A stretch of DNA of 32,000 nucleotides from Caedibacter taeniospiralis (GCF_002803295.2 NZ_PGGB02000014.1:4196-36195), one strand, 5' to 3'. Positions 7,103-17,672 are shown, counted from the stretch's first letter. The notes: generated from the sequence alone by a model not told the origin. Program-made: numbers and translations.

Positions 7103-7420
7103 ATGAACGACGAGCAAGACAAAGATGATCTAACCCCAAAAACAAATGAATCCGCAGCACAACAAGAAACTTTCTTTGAGTTTCCATGCCAATTCCCCAT
7201 TAAGATTATGGCTAATCCACAAAAAGAGGTGATTGAGTTTGTATTAAACACTTTAGAGAAATATATTGAAAATCCGGAAGCGATCAAATTCACCACCCGT
7301 GAAAGCAAAACAGGCAAGTATATTTCGATTACCGCCATCTTTGAGGCAACCAGTAAGGAACAGCTTGATAGTATTTATCAAGCGCTTAGTTCTCATCCAG
7401 AAATTCATATGGTTTTATAG
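7103..7420 (+). CDS. ybeD: YbeD/DUF493 family protein
   Basis: [12 protein letters not shown]...[22 protein letters not shown]...IHMVL matches YbeD (EFP..F.YKVMG ... MVL C-terminus). The conserved ybeD-lipB pairing is present. Confidence 0.8.
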   Translation: MNDEQDKDDLTPKTNESAAQQETFFEFPCQFPIKIMANPQKEVIEFVLNTLEKYIENPEAIKFTTRESKTGKYISITAIFEATSKEQLDSIYQALSSHPEIHMVL

Positions 7421-7422
7421 CA

Positions 7423-8043
7423 ATGACCATCAAAACGAAATACCTGGGGCTTGCTGAATATAATCAAGTTTATCAGTCAATGGTTGAGTTTACGGATGGG
7501 CGAGATGAGCTTACTGGTGATGAAATCTGGCTTGTGGAACATCCTGCTGTTTTCACTCAAGGTCGCCATGGCAAGGCTGAACACATTATCAATCCGCAAG
7601 AGGTTCCTGTTGTTCAGAGCGATCGTGGCGGGCAAGTCACTTATCACGGACCAGGGCAGGCGGTTATTTACTTTTTATTTGATTTAAAACGTTTAAATAT
7701 CGGCATTAAGAACTTTGTTTGCCTAGTAGAAAGAAGTTGTATACGTCTTCTCAAACAATATGACATCGAAAGTCATACCATTGCCAAAGCCCCTGGAATT
7801 TATGTTGATCACGCAAAAATTGCTTCGCTGGGTCTTCGTGTCAAAAAGGGGCTAACCTATCACGGTATTGCGATCAACACCCGTATGGATCTCACGCCGT
7901 TTAGCTATATCAATCCATGTGGTTATCAACATTTGAAGATGACGCAAATACACGCACACAACCCTATGATTGACGTTTATAAAGTCCTAACTGAGTATGC
8001 ACAAATCATTTGTGAAAACTTAGATAGGCCTATTTTCAGTTAG
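7423..8043 (+). CDS. lipB: Octanoyltransferase (lipoyl(octanoyl) transferase)
   Basis: [14 protein letters not shown] and [14 protein letters not shown] are present, along with the LipB lysine region (GIYV...KIASLGLRV). The gene starts 2 nt after the ybeD stop. Confidence 0.9.
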   Translation: MTIKTKYLGLAEYNQVYQSMVEFTDGRDELTGDEIWLVEHPAVFTQGRHGKAEHIINPQEVPVVQSDRGGQVTYHGPGQAVIYFLFDLKRLNIGIKNFVCLVERSCIRLLKQYDIESHTIAKAPGIYVDHAKIASLGLRVKKGLTYHGIAINTRMDLTPFSYINPCGYQHLKMTQIHAHNPMIDVYKVLTEYAQIICENLDRPIFS

Positions 8044-8098
8044 ACCGTTATCCTGATTCTTGTCATAATAAGGCAACCATCGATTAATCAGCATTTTT

Positions 8099-9580
8099 AT
8101 GCAATTAAAACCACGTAAATTATTATTAAATACAAAACAGCCTTTTGGGCTATGGTTTTTACTACTAGCCTCACTGCTGTATAGTGTGGGAACCACAGCG
8201 ATCGCCGTAAACTTCTCTGGCTATCTTCACGGCATTGCTGATGACTCACAAGAGGGTTTAACCACTCAAATTCTTGCAACTAATTTCAATCTGCTTACCA
8301 ACTTGTTTTTATACAGTGCCGCGGGACTGATTGGCGGTATTTTAGGCTATATGATTGGACATAGACGTTCTGTGACCATCGGGATGCTATACTCTGCTGT
8401 TGCTTTAATTCTATTATCGTTTAATAACTTATCGTTAATTGGTTTTGCTGCCTATGTGATTGGTGTTGGACTGGTTATCCCTAATTTATTCACTACCTTG
8501 AGTTTTCTCTATACACAAGACGATCCAAGGCGCCACGCAGGATTTACTTTGATGTATATGACAACGGTTTTAGGCGCGGCTTTGTCTTTATCCATTGGTG
8601 CTAGCCTAAGCACACTTAGCTACCAGGCATGGTTTATTACAATGGCTATTGTGAGTCTTATCGCGGCACTTGTTTTTCTCTACGCAGGGATTTACTTAAG
8701 CCATAATACGGGCTTAATCGATGGCATCGAGCCAAAGTATACCCCATCTACGTATAGCGTGCTATTTGTGCTTATTGTGCTTTCTTCAGTAACTGATTAT
8801 CTACTGCAATATCAATCCATCCTGCAAATACTCATTCTCACCTTGGGTGTGCTTGCCTTCGTCGTGATGCTGATATACTCCTATTTAGAAAAAGATGACG
8901 CTCAACGTAGGCGTAACCGTGTTCTATTAACCTTGCTGGCTTTGAGCTTTTTTTCCTGGTTTGCCGATAAAAATATCATCACGATTTTTCTGAACTACCT
9001 AAACCTGTTTAACCGAAATTATGGCTTCTTTAGTGCTAAAAGCTTATCTGCGGATTTCTTTTTTGAAGCAAATATTGCGTTGGTGCTTATCATCGGTTTG
9101 ATCTCAGCATTTCTTTGGAATAAGAACAAACACACTCAACACATGAAAAGGCTTATTCGCCTATTCAGTCTTGCTATTTTGCTCACCTCGATCTCTTGTG
9201 CTCTTCTGTTTTTTAGCTTCTTGACGCAATCCTTAAGTCATTTTGCCACGACGGGGAATTATTTACTGATCATCACCTTAACGCTTAACTCCATTGCCAA
9301 AGTTCTGCTATTGCCGCTTTATTACGCCATTGTTGGTAAGCTGTCACCCCGAAAATATGAATCGATCGTGATGGGATTTTTCTTCATCATCAATGCCGCC
9401 ATTGGGGTGATCGTTTTTTCTTTAAATGCCAAAATATTGCGTCCACAAGCACTTATTGATACCTATAGCTCCCTATCATATCTCTACGGCTGCTTACTTA
9501 TTCTTGGATTAGGATGCGCTTTGATTGCTTACTTGCTGGCGAAATTCATGCGTTACAATAAAAAAAGTGACCAAATTTAA
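8099..9580 (+). CDS. Polytopic inner-membrane transporter, MFS/POT-like (substrate unknown)
   Basis: The 493-aa protein is highly hydrophobic, with about 12-14 predicted helices. The family assignment rests only on overall architecture, and the canonical POT ExxERFxYY motif is not evident. Confidence 0.5.
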   Translation: MQLKPRKLLLNTKQPFGLWFLLLASLLYSVGTTAIAVNFSGYLHGIADDSQEGLTTQILATNFNLLTNLFLYSAAGLIGGILGYMIGHRRSVTIGMLYSAVALILLSFNNLSLIGFAAYVIGVGLVIPNLFTTLSFLYTQDDPRRHAGFTLMYMTTVLGAALSLSIGASLSTLSYQAWFITMAIVSLIAALVFLYAGIYLSHNTGLIDGIEPKYTPSTYSVLFVLIVLSSVTDYLLQYQSILQILILTLGVLAFVVMLIYSYLEKDDAQRRRNRVLLTLLALSFFSWFADKNIITIFLNYLNLFNRNYGFFSAKSLSADFFFEANIALVLIIGLISAFLWNKNKHTQHMKRLIRLFSLAILLTSISCALLFFSFLTQSLSHFATTGNYLLIITLTLNSIAKVLLLPLYYAIVGKLSPRKYESIVMGFFFIINAAIGVIVFSLNAKILRPQALIDTYSSLSYLYGCLLILGLGCALIAYLLAKFMRYNKKSDQI

Positions 9581-9735
9581 GTCATTAACTATTGTTTTTT
9601 AAGCGCTGTTCCCATCACCGTCTTGTCATATTGTTGTACAGACACTCCTCGCATAATCTTGTCCAAAAGCTCTTCAGAGAACCCGGGCAATATAATTCAA
9701 ATGAAAAAATCATCGTGTACAGAGAATGGTAATAC

Positions 9736-11046
9736 TTAATGCTTACCTTTTTGCAAATTCACCCACTCGGCAATCGCATAAATCGGGGTGCCTAAGAAAA
9801 ACAAAATCATGCCATAGTAGACAACTTCTTGCCCAGAGCCGAGTATTGTCCAGAATGAATACGCACAAGCTAAAACGGCAATGATAATACCCGCCTGCCA
9901 GAATGGGCTGTTTTTATCCTGCTGCTTGATGACGAGAATACATGAGATTGTTGTATAAAAATAGGGAATAAGGGCTGCCAGTACTGCCATGAGAATAATC
10001 AGTTCAAACTGCGCAACGAGATCTCGTGAGGTTGTCAATAATAATAGAATTGTCATGAGCACAGCTCCCAGAATGAGTCCAAACACAGGGGAGCCAAGCT
10101 TGTTCTCCTGGGCAAAAATTTTTGGGAAAAGCTGGGTCTCTGCCATCGCTTTTGAAACCGCAGCACTAACCATAACCCAACCATTTAGCGTTCCAAGACA
10201 AGCAATTACCGCCGCAACAGCAATGATAATTGCCCCATTCTTGCCAATCATTTCCTGCGCTGCCAGAGCAAATGGGGCGTTGGAGTTTTCTAAGCTTGCT
10301 GCTGGAAGCATGCCCATAATCACTGCTGAGCTTGCAATATAAATAAAGGCTGCAATTAAAGTTCCCGTTAAGGTTGCAAGCGGAATGGTTTTTTGCGGAT
10401 TTTTGACCTTGCTGACGGAAACCGTTGCGGCTTCAAGACCTATGAATGCCCATAATGTTAAAGAAGCGGCTGCACTAAGTGCATGCAGATTGGATGATCC
10501 AGAATGGTTAAAATCAAGATAATATTGTGGCTCTATGTACCATATTCCTGCAACGATGATAAACAGAAGAGGAATGCTCTTTCCGATCATGGACAACATC
10601 TGTAACCAGCCAACACTTCGGACTCCGAGCATATTGAAGAAGGTTAATAGCCAGATAATGCCAATGGCAGCGATTGAAGTGAGGGTTTTATCTTCCAGAA
10701 TCGGGAAGAAAAAGCTTAAATAGCCAACCATTGCCAAGGCAATGGCGCAATTTCCGACCCAAAGTGAAACCCAATAACCAAAACCGCTTTGGAAGCCCAT
10801 AAACTTACCCATGCCCACTCGAACATAGATATAAGGACCACCATCCATTTTGGGCACAAGACGAGTGAAATGACTAAACACTAGCGCCAGAAGGATCGAC
10901 CCTATTGCCGTAAAAATCCACGCCAAAATACTGATGGAGCCAAATTTTGCCAAACCTGAAGGCAATAAAAAGATTCCTGATCCCACCATATTTCCAGACA
11001 CCAGTGCAACGAGCATCCAGAAGCTCATATATTTTTTTTCCTGCAT
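9736..11046 (-). CDS. APC-superfamily amino acid permease/antiporter (basic amino acid/polyamine type)
   Basis: The N-terminus ...LVALVSGNMVGSGIFLLPSGLA is the typical APC signature, and about 12 transmembrane helices are predicted. The true start could be the ATG for MSFWML, 6 codons downstream. Confidence 0.8.
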   Translation of the reverse strand: MQEKKYMSFWMLVALVSGNMVGSGIFLLPSGLAKFGSISILAWIFTAIGSILLALVFSHFTRLVPKMDGGPYIYVRVGMGKFMGFQSGFGYWVSLWVGNCAIALAMVGYLSFFFPILEDKTLTSIAAIGIIWLLTFFNMLGVRSVGWLQMLSMIGKSIPLLFIIVAGIWYIEPQYYLDFNHSGSSNLHALSAAASLTLWAFIGLEAATVSVSKVKNPQKTIPLATLTGTLIAAFIYIASSAVIMGMLPAASLENSNAPFALAAQEMIGKNGAIIIAVAAVIACLGTLNGWVMVSAAVSKAMAETQLFPKIFAQENKLGSPVFGLILGAVLMTILLLLTTSRDLVAQFELIILMAVLAALIPYFYTTISCILVIKQQDKNSPFWQAGIIIAVLACAYSFWTILGSGQEVVYYGMILFFLGTPIYAIAEWVNLQKGKH

Positions 11047-11086
11047 AACCTTTCAACTTCCCAATGATATTGTGGGCTTGTGCAAA

Positions 11087-11143
11087 TAATTCGCCCAAGC
11101 GTGTCGGTGTGAGTAATCAGTGTCACACTGCAACTCACACTTA
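11087..11143. repeat. REP-like palindromic element, copy B (copy A at 2237-2297), in the 5' region of the APC permease gene
   Basis: TAATTCGCCCAAGCGTGTCGGTGTGAGTAATCAGTGTCACACTGCAACTCACACTTAG. The outer stem is GTGTGAGT/ACTCACAC and the inner palindrome is CAGTGT-c-ACACTG. Confidence 0.75.
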
Positions 11144-11180
11144 GTAATGGGCGGGGAACCCTGTCAAAATCACCAAGCAT

Positions 11181-11212
11181 AAAAAAGGGCGTACTTTCAA
11201 AAAGTACACCCC
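11181..11212 (-). terminator. Rho-independent terminator of the infC-rpmI-rplT operon
   Basis: The minus strand reads GGGGTGTACTTT-ttg-AAAGTACGCCC followed by TTTTTT, about 27 nt after the rplT stop. Confidence 0.8.
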
Positions 11213-11238
11213 TTAAATTCACTCAGTAACAGCTATCA

Positions 11239-11598
11239 CTAGGCAGCTAAGGCTTGTTTGGCTTTTTCAACTAATTGCGCAAACGCATCTTTGTTGAATA
11301 CCGCTAACTCAGCCAATACTTTACGATCAAGCTCAATGTTTGCTTTCTTTAAGCCATTGATAAATTGGCTGTAGCTTAAATCATGCTGACGTGCGGCTGC
11401 ATTAATACGCACAATCCAAAGCGCTCTGAATTGTCTTTTTCTTTGCTTGCGATCACGATAAGCATACTGCCCCGCTTTGATCACGGCCTGTTTAGCTACG
11501 CGATATACACGCGAGCGCGCACCATAATAACCTTTGGCCTGGTTTAAAATCTTTTTATGACGACGGCGTGCTTGCACACCTCTTTTTACTCTAGGCAT
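11239..11598 (-). CDS. rplT: 50S ribosomal protein L20
   Basis: [18 protein letters not shown]...[17 protein letters not shown] is the canonical L20 sequence. Confidence 0.97.
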   Translation of the reverse strand: MPRVKRGVQARRRHKKILNQAKGYYGARSRVYRVAKQAVIKAGQYAYRDRKQRKRQFRALWIVRINAAARQHDLSYSQFINGLKKANIELDRKVLAELAVFNKDAFAQLVEKAKQALAA

Positions 11599-11630
11599 AA
11601 TCTACTCCACTTTAAAAAATTATTAACACT

Positions 11631-11828
11631 TTATGCGTACGGCATTTGCTGAAGCAAACTTGGCACGTCTACTTTGGCGACTTGAGACATCCCACGCAAG
11701 TGGCGCTTACGCTTGGTTGTCATCTTCGTGTTAATGTGAGCACGGTTAGCTGAGCGATGTTTGAAACCACCCTTACCCGTTCTTTTAAAGCGCTTAGCAG
11801 CACCTCGGTTTGTTTTTATTTTTGGCAT
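11631..11828 (-). CDS. rpmI: 50S ribosomal protein L35
   Basis: [32 protein letters not shown]...KRKRHLR is the canonical L35 sequence. Confidence 0.97.
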   Translation of the reverse strand: MPKIKTNRGAAKRFKRTGKGGFKHRSANRAHINTKMTTKRKRHLRGMSQVAKVDVPSLLQQMPYA

Positions 11829-11885
11829 AATATACTCCGCATTTTACCATTTTTATGACACGACCAAGCTTGCACTTGTCACGTG

Positions 11886-12407
11886 CTATTTTTTCTTAGG
11901 TCCTAAAACCATAACCATCTGGCGACCTTCCATTTTCGGTCGGTGCTCAACCACGCCGTAAGACTCCAGATCCGCTTCCAATCGCTTCAGCATTTCGACG
12001 CCTAGCTCCTGGTGCGCCATCTCGCGCCCTCTAAAACGAACGGTGATCTTGACTTTATCGCCACCTTCAAGAAACTTTATCAGGTTGCGTAGTTTTACCT
12101 GATAGTCCCCAACATCAGTACCAGGTCGAATTTTAATTTCTTTAACCTGCATCTGCTTTTGCTTTTTTTTCGCAGCGGCTTTTTTCTTGCCTTGTTCAAA
12201 CAAGAATTTACCATAATCCATGATACGGCACACAGGAGGGGCTGCTTGTGAAGCAATCTCAACCAGATCCATGCCATGTTCTTCTGCTTTTGCTAGTGCC
12301 TCTCTAGTGGAAACGACACCAATCTGCTCTCCTTCAGGTCCGACCAGACGAACCTCTTTCGCCTTAATACTCTCGTTAATTGGCGTTTTTTGGTCTGCTT
12401 TGTTAAT
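11886..12407 (-). CDS. infC: Translation initiation factor IF-3, initiating at an AUU codon
   Basis: The track ORF (ATG at 12272) lacks the IF3 N-domain. The frame stays open 45 codons further upstream to an ATT at 12407-12405, giving [56 protein letters not shown] (12420-12416) lies 8 nt upstream of the ATT. Confidence 0.9.
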   Translation of the reverse strand: MNKADQKTPINESIKAKEVRLVGPEGEQIGVVSTREALAKAEEHGMDLVEIASQAAPPVCRIMDYGKFLFEQGKKKAAAKKKQKQMQVKEIKIRPGTDVGDYQVKLRNLIKFLEGGDKVKITVRFRGREMAHQELGVEMLKRLEADLESYGVVEHRPKMEGRQMVMVLGPKKK

Positions 12408-12429
12408 AACTCAAACTCCTAATTTAGGT

Positions 12430-14340
12430 TCACTCGACCTTTTTCTCAATTTCTGCCAACAAAAGTTCAGTAAGCGCATCAATATTTAACGCGCCTAGAT
12501 CGGTACCATCTTGCTTTCTGACGGTGATTTGACCTAAAGACTGCTCTTTTTCTCCAGCAATTACGATAAATGGCACTCTGGACAAAGTGTGCTCGCGGAT
12601 TTTAAACCCAATTTTTTCATTTCTCAAGTCAATTTGTGTGCGAACACCAAGTTTTCTTAAGTTTCGTTCAACTTCTTGCAAATACTGATCCTGTTTATTG
12701 CTGATCCCTGTCAGCACAACTTGCACAGGAGCAAGCCATACAGGTAACTTCCCCGCATAATGCTCAATCAAGATGCCAATAAAACGCTCAAGAGATCCAC
12801 ATATCGCTCGATGCAACATCACGGGATGCTTTTTGCTTCCATCTTCATCAACATACTCAGCATTTAAACGAACTGGCATAGAAAAATCTAGCTGTACTGA
12901 ACCTGTTGTCCATGAACGACTCAAACAGTCTTTGATCTCAAATTCAATTTTAGGTCCATAAAATGCACCTTCCCCAGGCATAACCTTCCAATCAAGTCCT
13001 TTGGCATCAAGCGCGTCAGCAAGGGCTTTTTCTGCCTTTTCCCAAACTTCATCGGCACCAATTCTTTTTTCAGGACGCGTGGACAGTTTAACAGCAATAT
13101 CAGTTAAGCCAAATCTGGTATAGACTTCAAAAAGCATGTCAATAAAGTGCATGACTTCGGACTGGATTTGCGATTCCATACAAAAGATGTGAGCATCGTC
13201 TTGAACGAAGTTCCTTGTGCGCATAATGCCATGCAATGCTCCAGATGCCTCGTTTCGGTGACAAGAACCAAATTCGGCAAGTCTAAGTGGTAGATTGCGA
13301 TAGCTGGTAATCCCTTGCCTATAGATCTGCACATGACATGGACAATTCATTGGTTTTATCGCATATTGGCGATTGTCCACCTCTAAACTATACATGTCTT
13401 CATGAAATTTCTCCCAATGCCCTGACTTTTCCCATAAACTGCGATCAACAATTTGCGGAGTTTTAACCTCTTGGTACCCATATTTAACAAACATAGAACG
13501 CATGTACTGTTCAACGGTCTGCCAAATCACCCATCCTTTAGGATGCCAAAATACCATTCCAGGGGCTTCTTCCTGCAAATGAAATAGATCCATCGTCTTG
13601 CCAATCTTGCGATGATCCCGTTTTTCTGCTTCTTCCAGGCGTGTTAAATAGTCTTTAAGTTGTTTTTTATCTGCCCAGCAAGTTCCATAAATACGTGTCA
13701 ACATCTCATTTTTTGAATCACCGCGCCAATAGGCGCCAGCAACACGCATAAGCTTAAATGCTCTAAGGTGCGAGGTGTTTGGCACATGGGGTCCGCGACA
13801 TAAATCCGTAAAATCTCCTTGGCTATAAAGACTTAGGGTATCACTCTCTGGTAAATCTTTAATGATTTCAGCCTTATAGTTCTCACCGATCGCCTCAAAA
13901 TAAGTGATTGCATCGACACGAGATTTCACTGAGCGCTCAACCGGCTGAGCTAAATTAGCAAGTTCATACATACGCGCTTCAATTTTCTCTAAATCTTCAG
14001 GCGTGAACGCGCGCTCATATGAGAAATCATAAAAAAACCCATCTTCAATCACAGGACCAATAGTGACTTGCGCCTTTGGATAAAGCTGTTTTACCGCTTG
14101 CGCTAGTAAGTGCGCGCAAGAGTGGCGTAAAATTCCCAGACCTTTCGTATCTTTTGCCGTAATCAGGGTTAGGGTTGTATCGTCATTAATAACAAAACTT
14201 GTATCGACGTCCATTCCATTGACCACCCCTGCCAAGGTTGCTTTTGCTAACCCTGCACCAATATCAAGCGCAACGTTATAAACAGACACAGGTTTATCAA
14301 ACCCGCGCTTCGACCCATCTGGCAATGTAATTACAGGCAT
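12430..14340 (-). CDS. thrS: Threonine--tRNA ligase
   Basis: The 636-aa protein has a TGS N-domain ([10 protein letters not shown]), the editing-domain [11 protein letters not shown], class II motifs (FRAEQ-type region [26 protein letters not shown]) and the anticodon-binding domain. Confidence 0.97.
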   Translation of the reverse strand: MPVITLPDGSKRGFDKPVSVYNVALDIGAGLAKATLAGVVNGMDVDTSFVINDDTTLTLITAKDTKGLGILRHSCAHLLAQAVKQLYPKAQVTIGPVIEDGFFYDFSYERAFTPEDLEKIEARMYELANLAQPVERSVKSRVDAITYFEAIGENYKAEIIKDLPESDTLSLYSQGDFTDLCRGPHVPNTSHLRAFKLMRVAGAYWRGDSKNEMLTRIYGTCWADKKQLKDYLTRLEEAEKRDHRKIGKTMDLFHLQEEAPGMVFWHPKGWVIWQTVEQYMRSMFVKYGYQEVKTPQIVDRSLWEKSGHWEKFHEDMYSLEVDNRQYAIKPMNCPCHVQIYRQGITSYRNLPLRLAEFGSCHRNEASGALHGIMRTRNFVQDDAHIFCMESQIQSEVMHFIDMLFEVYTRFGLTDIAVKLSTRPEKRIGADEVWEKAEKALADALDAKGLDWKVMPGEGAFYGPKIEFEIKDCLSRSWTTGSVQLDFSMPVRLNAEYVDEDGSKKHPVMLHRAICGSLERFIGILIEHYAGKLPVWLAPVQVVLTGISNKQDQYLQEVERNLRKLGVRTQIDLRNEKIGFKIREHTLSRVPFIVIAGEKEQSLGQITVRKQDGTDLGALNIDALTELLLAEIEKKVE

Positions 14341-14415
14341 TTTTTACTCCATTTTTGTTGTACGTGGTTTTTGGGCTTGCTTTCTTTACAGAAGCATATG
14401 TCAGGCTAGCGCAAT

Positions 14416-14445
14416 ATTCTCAAGGATTACTATCTTTACTGTCAA
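14416..14445 (-). promoter_or_regulatory. Candidate sigma70 promoter for thrS
   Basis: On the minus strand, TTGACA (14445-14440) is followed by an 18-nt spacer and then GAGAAT (14421-14416), about 75 nt upstream of the thrS ATG. This rests on sequence pattern only. Confidence 0.35.
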
Positions 14446-14852
14446 GCATTGTGATTGACGAAGCTTAAGAAAATAATAGCGAACGGAAGCTATTTGGGAT
14501 GATTCAACAAGGACTGCGTGAAGACATTCCGCAAGACTGGTATGTCAAAACGGTAATCTACTCCCTTAGCAAACAAGGGTATCGAACAAGCGCCAAGTTG
14601 ATGCTTAAAGAGCTCAACGAGTAAAAAAGATTGTGTAAGCAAAATTAAATATTTGCACAAACTCGCTTTAGATTTGTTTTTAGAATTCATCAAAAGCACC
14701 AATCAAGGTAGTACCGTCATGTTTGTCGGTATTATTCTAACATTAATTATTTGAGGGTATTTTTGAGGGTATTCAACATTTTTGTTTGCCTTTGAAACGT
14801 ACCTGTATCTATTGATTCTAAAAGGTTTTGATGGGGAGAATATCTTTGACTA

Positions 14853-14946
14853 TGGCGGAGAGAGGGGGATTCGAACCCCCGATGGAGTTTTTGGTCCCCA
14901 TACTCCCTTAGCAGGGGAGCGCCTTCAGCCTCTCGGCCATCTCTCC
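14853..14946 (-). tRNA. tRNA-Ser (anticodon GCU), with encoded CCA
   Basis: The reverse complement is GGAGAGATGGCCGAGAGGCTGAAGGCGCTCCCCTGCTAAGGGAGTATGGGGACCAAAAACTCCATCGGGGGTTCGAATCCCCCTCTCTCCGCCA. It has a 7-bp acceptor stem, the anticodon loop CT-GCT-AA, the long variable arm typical of tRNA-Ser, and the T-arm GGGGG-TTCGAAT-CCCCC. Confidence 0.95.
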
Positions 14947-15024
14947 GCGATACCGCAACAATTTATCGACTTAGCCTTTTGATGTCAAGCGCTTCATTAC
15001 CATATTTTTCAGGGCAAGCGTGCC

Positions 15025-15210
15025 TTATTCCGTATCGCCCAGTGAGTGCTCACCTTTTATGCGCACAAAGATTTCTTCTCGATGCACGGAGACATCTTTT
15101 GGGGCACTAATGCCTAGTCGAACCTGATTGCCTTTGACCCCTAAAACAGTCACTGTTACTTCATCCCCAATCATAACAGTCTCACCAATTTTTCTTGTTA
15201 AAATTAACAT
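15025..15210 (-). CDS. csrA: Carbon storage regulator CsrA (RNA-binding global regulator)
   Basis: [48 protein letters not shown] is a near-canonical CsrA sequence. Confidence 0.97.
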   Translation of the reverse strand: MLILTRKIGETVMIGDEVTVTVLGVKGNQVRLGISAPKDVSVHREEIFVRIKGEHSLGDTE

Positions 15211-15581
15211 CTTAAAGTTACTCCTTAATTATGTCGCTTTATCTTCGAAAGCTGCCTACATTTATATCAACTCCCCACATGGAACGGACATCCCAGACCT
15301 AAAATGCTTTTAGTCCTTGTCAGAAAGTATAGATGCAAAATACTCATCTGCATCAGAACGGCGTAATTCTATATAAAATAATAATTTTTACTAGTTTTTT
15401 ATGCACCAAATCTCTGTATACGAAGAAAAATAATGCTTCAAGCGGCAGTTAGTTTGCAATTTTTTCTTCGTGTACAGCGGCACCAAATTTGAAATTGGTT
15501 AATTCTGCCGCACTAGTGTTAGGGCTTTGCGGAAATTCTCATTATACTGAAACCATTGCAAGAAGGGGTATAGCGCTTAAG

Positions 15582-17672
15582 ATGTTTTTATTTTATAAGC
15601 TTAATAAGATTATCCATGGTTACTTAACTACCGAGCAGCGCACACTAGTTGCAGATGCTTTTTTGTTTGGTGCGGATGCCCATGAATTGCAAGTCAGAAG
15701 CTCTGGGGAGCCTTACTTTAGCCACCCTGTCGCGGTTGCTTGCGTGCTAGCAGGAATGCGACTTGATTGTGAGACAATTATTGCGGCACTCTTACATGAT
15801 ACCATTGAAGACACTGAGCTCAGTGCCGAAGATATAAGCCTGCGATACAGTGAAAAAACTGCACAGCTGGTTGAGGGAGTAACCAAGTTAAGCAAAATTG
15901 AAACGCACTCTAAGGCAGAGCTGCAAGCAGAGAATTTTCGTAAAATGATTTTGGCGATGGTGCAGGATATTCGCGTAATTTTAATCAAACTTGCGGATCG
16001 CTTGCATAATATGACAACCTTAGCCTCCTTACGCCCAGACAAGCGTCGTAGGATTGCCCTTGAAACTTTGGAAATTTATGCACCTATTGCGCATAGACTG
16101 GGAATGCACCACTTTAAAAACAGCTTCGAGGAGCTCGCGTTTGAAGCCATGTATCCTTACCGCTATAAGACATTGCGAACCAAAGTTTTACACGCACAAA
16201 AGCATCGTGATCGCTTGTTTCGTAAGATTTTAGAGCGCTTACAGCACCACTTGTCGGAGCTATTAGAAAGTGAAAACCTGGTATCAGGACGCAAAAAACG
16301 ACTGTATAGTATTTACCGCAAGATGCGCGATAAGGAAATGTCATTTTCCGAAATTATGGACATTTATGCGTATAAAGTCATCGCCTCAAATCGGCGTGAT
16401 TGTTATCTGATTTTGGGTGCCATCCATGAGATTTTTCGCCCGATCCCTGGTCGCTTTAAAGATTATATTGCAACTCCAAAAGCCAATGGATACCAGTCAT
16501 TACATACAACTGTATTTGGTCCTTATGGGGTACCTATTGAGGTGCAAATCAAGACAAAAATGATGGATGATACGGCCGAGAAGGGCGTTGCGGCACATTG
16601 GATTTACAAGGCAAAATCACTCAGCCATGCCAATGCTCAAAAATGGTTAGAAAAATTGTCTGATTTGCAACAAAATGTGTCAAAATCCACCGACTTTATC
16701 GAAAGTGTCAAATTAGACTTATTTCCTGATGAAGTTTATGTATTCACTCCCAATGGGGAAATTATTGAGCTGCCTAAGAATGCGACCTGTGTTGACTTTG
16801 CCTATCACATTCATACCGATATTGGCAATCACTGTATTGCCGCCAAGGTTAATCGTCGAATCACCCCACTTAATTACATGCTAACGCATGGTGACACCGT
16901 CGAAATCATCAACTCACCAAATGCCCATCCAAACCCAGCTTGGCTTGAGTTTATCAAAACTGCCCGAGCAAAACATGCGATAAAACATGCTTTGAAGCGT
17001 CACGAACATGACGAATTTATCCATGTTGGGCAGCAGATCTTAAATCAAGCATTATTAAAAAATCAATTAGAGTTTTTAAGTCTATCGCCACAGCTGATCC
17101 AACAAGCATTAATTGAGTTTAATTTCCCAAGCATTGCTGAGCTTTATGCCGCGATTGGGCAGGCAAATTTTTCAGCCAACACCTTGGTGAGATATGTTGA
17201 GCAATACGTGGAATCGGAATTAATTCATTCCCAAAATGCTCCGCGTAAGCTTGTGATTGATGAGAGTAATATGAATCAACTTGCCAGTTGTTGTACGCCA
17301 ATTCCTGATGATCCAACCACAGGCGTACTGGTGGCAGATAAGGGACTTGTCGTGCATAGAAGTCGATGTAAGGAATTATTGAAGCTTGAAAAATCACACG
17401 AGCTTATCGAAACACAATGGATCTTAGATGGCTCAGGATATTATCCTGCCAGACTTTTAATCAGTTTACAAAACGTCCATGGAGCTATTGCCAAAGTGAC
17501 CGCAAATATTTCACGCCATGAAGCGCAAATCGTAAGTTTTAGCATTTTAGAATCTGATGCACAATACGGTACTGTGCAGACGGTTATCGAAGTTAAGGAT
17601 CGAGTACATTTAGCGCGTGTAATTCGAGGACTTAAGCATCTGAAGATTTGCCTTAAAATTGAGAGGGTATAG
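15582..17672 (+). CDS. spoT: Bifunctional (p)ppGpp synthetase/hydrolase SpoT
   Basis: From the ATG at 15582, MFLFYKLNKIIHGYLTTEQ...SSGEPYFSHPVAVACVLAGMRLDCETIIAALLHDTIEDT aligns from residue 1 with E. coli SpoT (MYLFESLNQLI...). The HD, synthetase (RFKDYIATPKANGYQSLHT), TGS and ACT regions are present. GAAGGGG lies about 12 nt upstream. The TTG at 15489 in the track is probably an over-extension. Confidence 0.93.
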   Translation: MFLFYKLNKIIHGYLTTEQRTLVADAFLFGADAHELQVRSSGEPYFSHPVAVACVLAGMRLDCETIIAALLHDTIEDTELSAEDISLRYSEKTAQLVEGVTKLSKIETHSKAELQAENFRKMILAMVQDIRVILIKLADRLHNMTTLASLRPDKRRRIALETLEIYAPIAHRLGMHHFKNSFEELAFEAMYPYRYKTLRTKVLHAQKHRDRLFRKILERLQHHLSELLESENLVSGRKKRLYSIYRKMRDKEMSFSEIMDIYAYKVIASNRRDCYLILGAIHEIFRPIPGRFKDYIATPKANGYQSLHTTVFGPYGVPIEVQIKTKMMDDTAEKGVAAHWIYKAKSLSHANAQKWLEKLSDLQQNVSKSTDFIESVKLDLFPDEVYVFTPNGEIIELPKNATCVDFAYHIHTDIGNHCIAAKVNRRITPLNYMLTHGDTVEIINSPNAHPNPAWLEFIKTARAKHAIKHALKRHEHDEFIHVGQQILNQALLKNQLEFLSLSPQLIQQALIEFNFPSIAELYAAIGQANFSANTLVRYVEQYVESELIHSQNAPRKLVIDESNMNQLASCCTPIPDDPTTGVLVADKGLVVHRSRCKELLKLEKSHELIETQWILDGSGYYPARLLISLQNVHGAIAKVTANISRHEAQIVSFSILESDAQYGTVQTVIEVKDRVHLARVIRGLKHLKICLKIERV

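Noticed and set aside
9581-9735. A protein-like open frame on the minus strand between the convergent transporter genes (...LPGFSEELLDKIMRGVSVQQYDKTVMGTALKKQ*)
   Set aside because: It is only about 36 codons after a stop, has no start context, and has no recognisable family. It could be a remnant, but this is unsupported.
14490-14702. A 70-aa minus-strand track ORF upstream of thrS
   Set aside because: It is low-complexity and Leu/Lys-rich and has no ribosome-binding site. It overlaps the more protein-like plus-strand 41-codon frame and sits in an AT-rich spacer. I judged it spurious.
15489-15581. The TTG-initiated 31-codon N-terminal extension of spoT in the ORF track
   Set aside because: Homology to SpoT begins exactly at the ATG at 15582, which has a GAAGGGG ribosome-binding site. 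The extension (MKLVNSAALVLGLCGNSHYTE...) has no counterpart in SpoT/RelA proteins.
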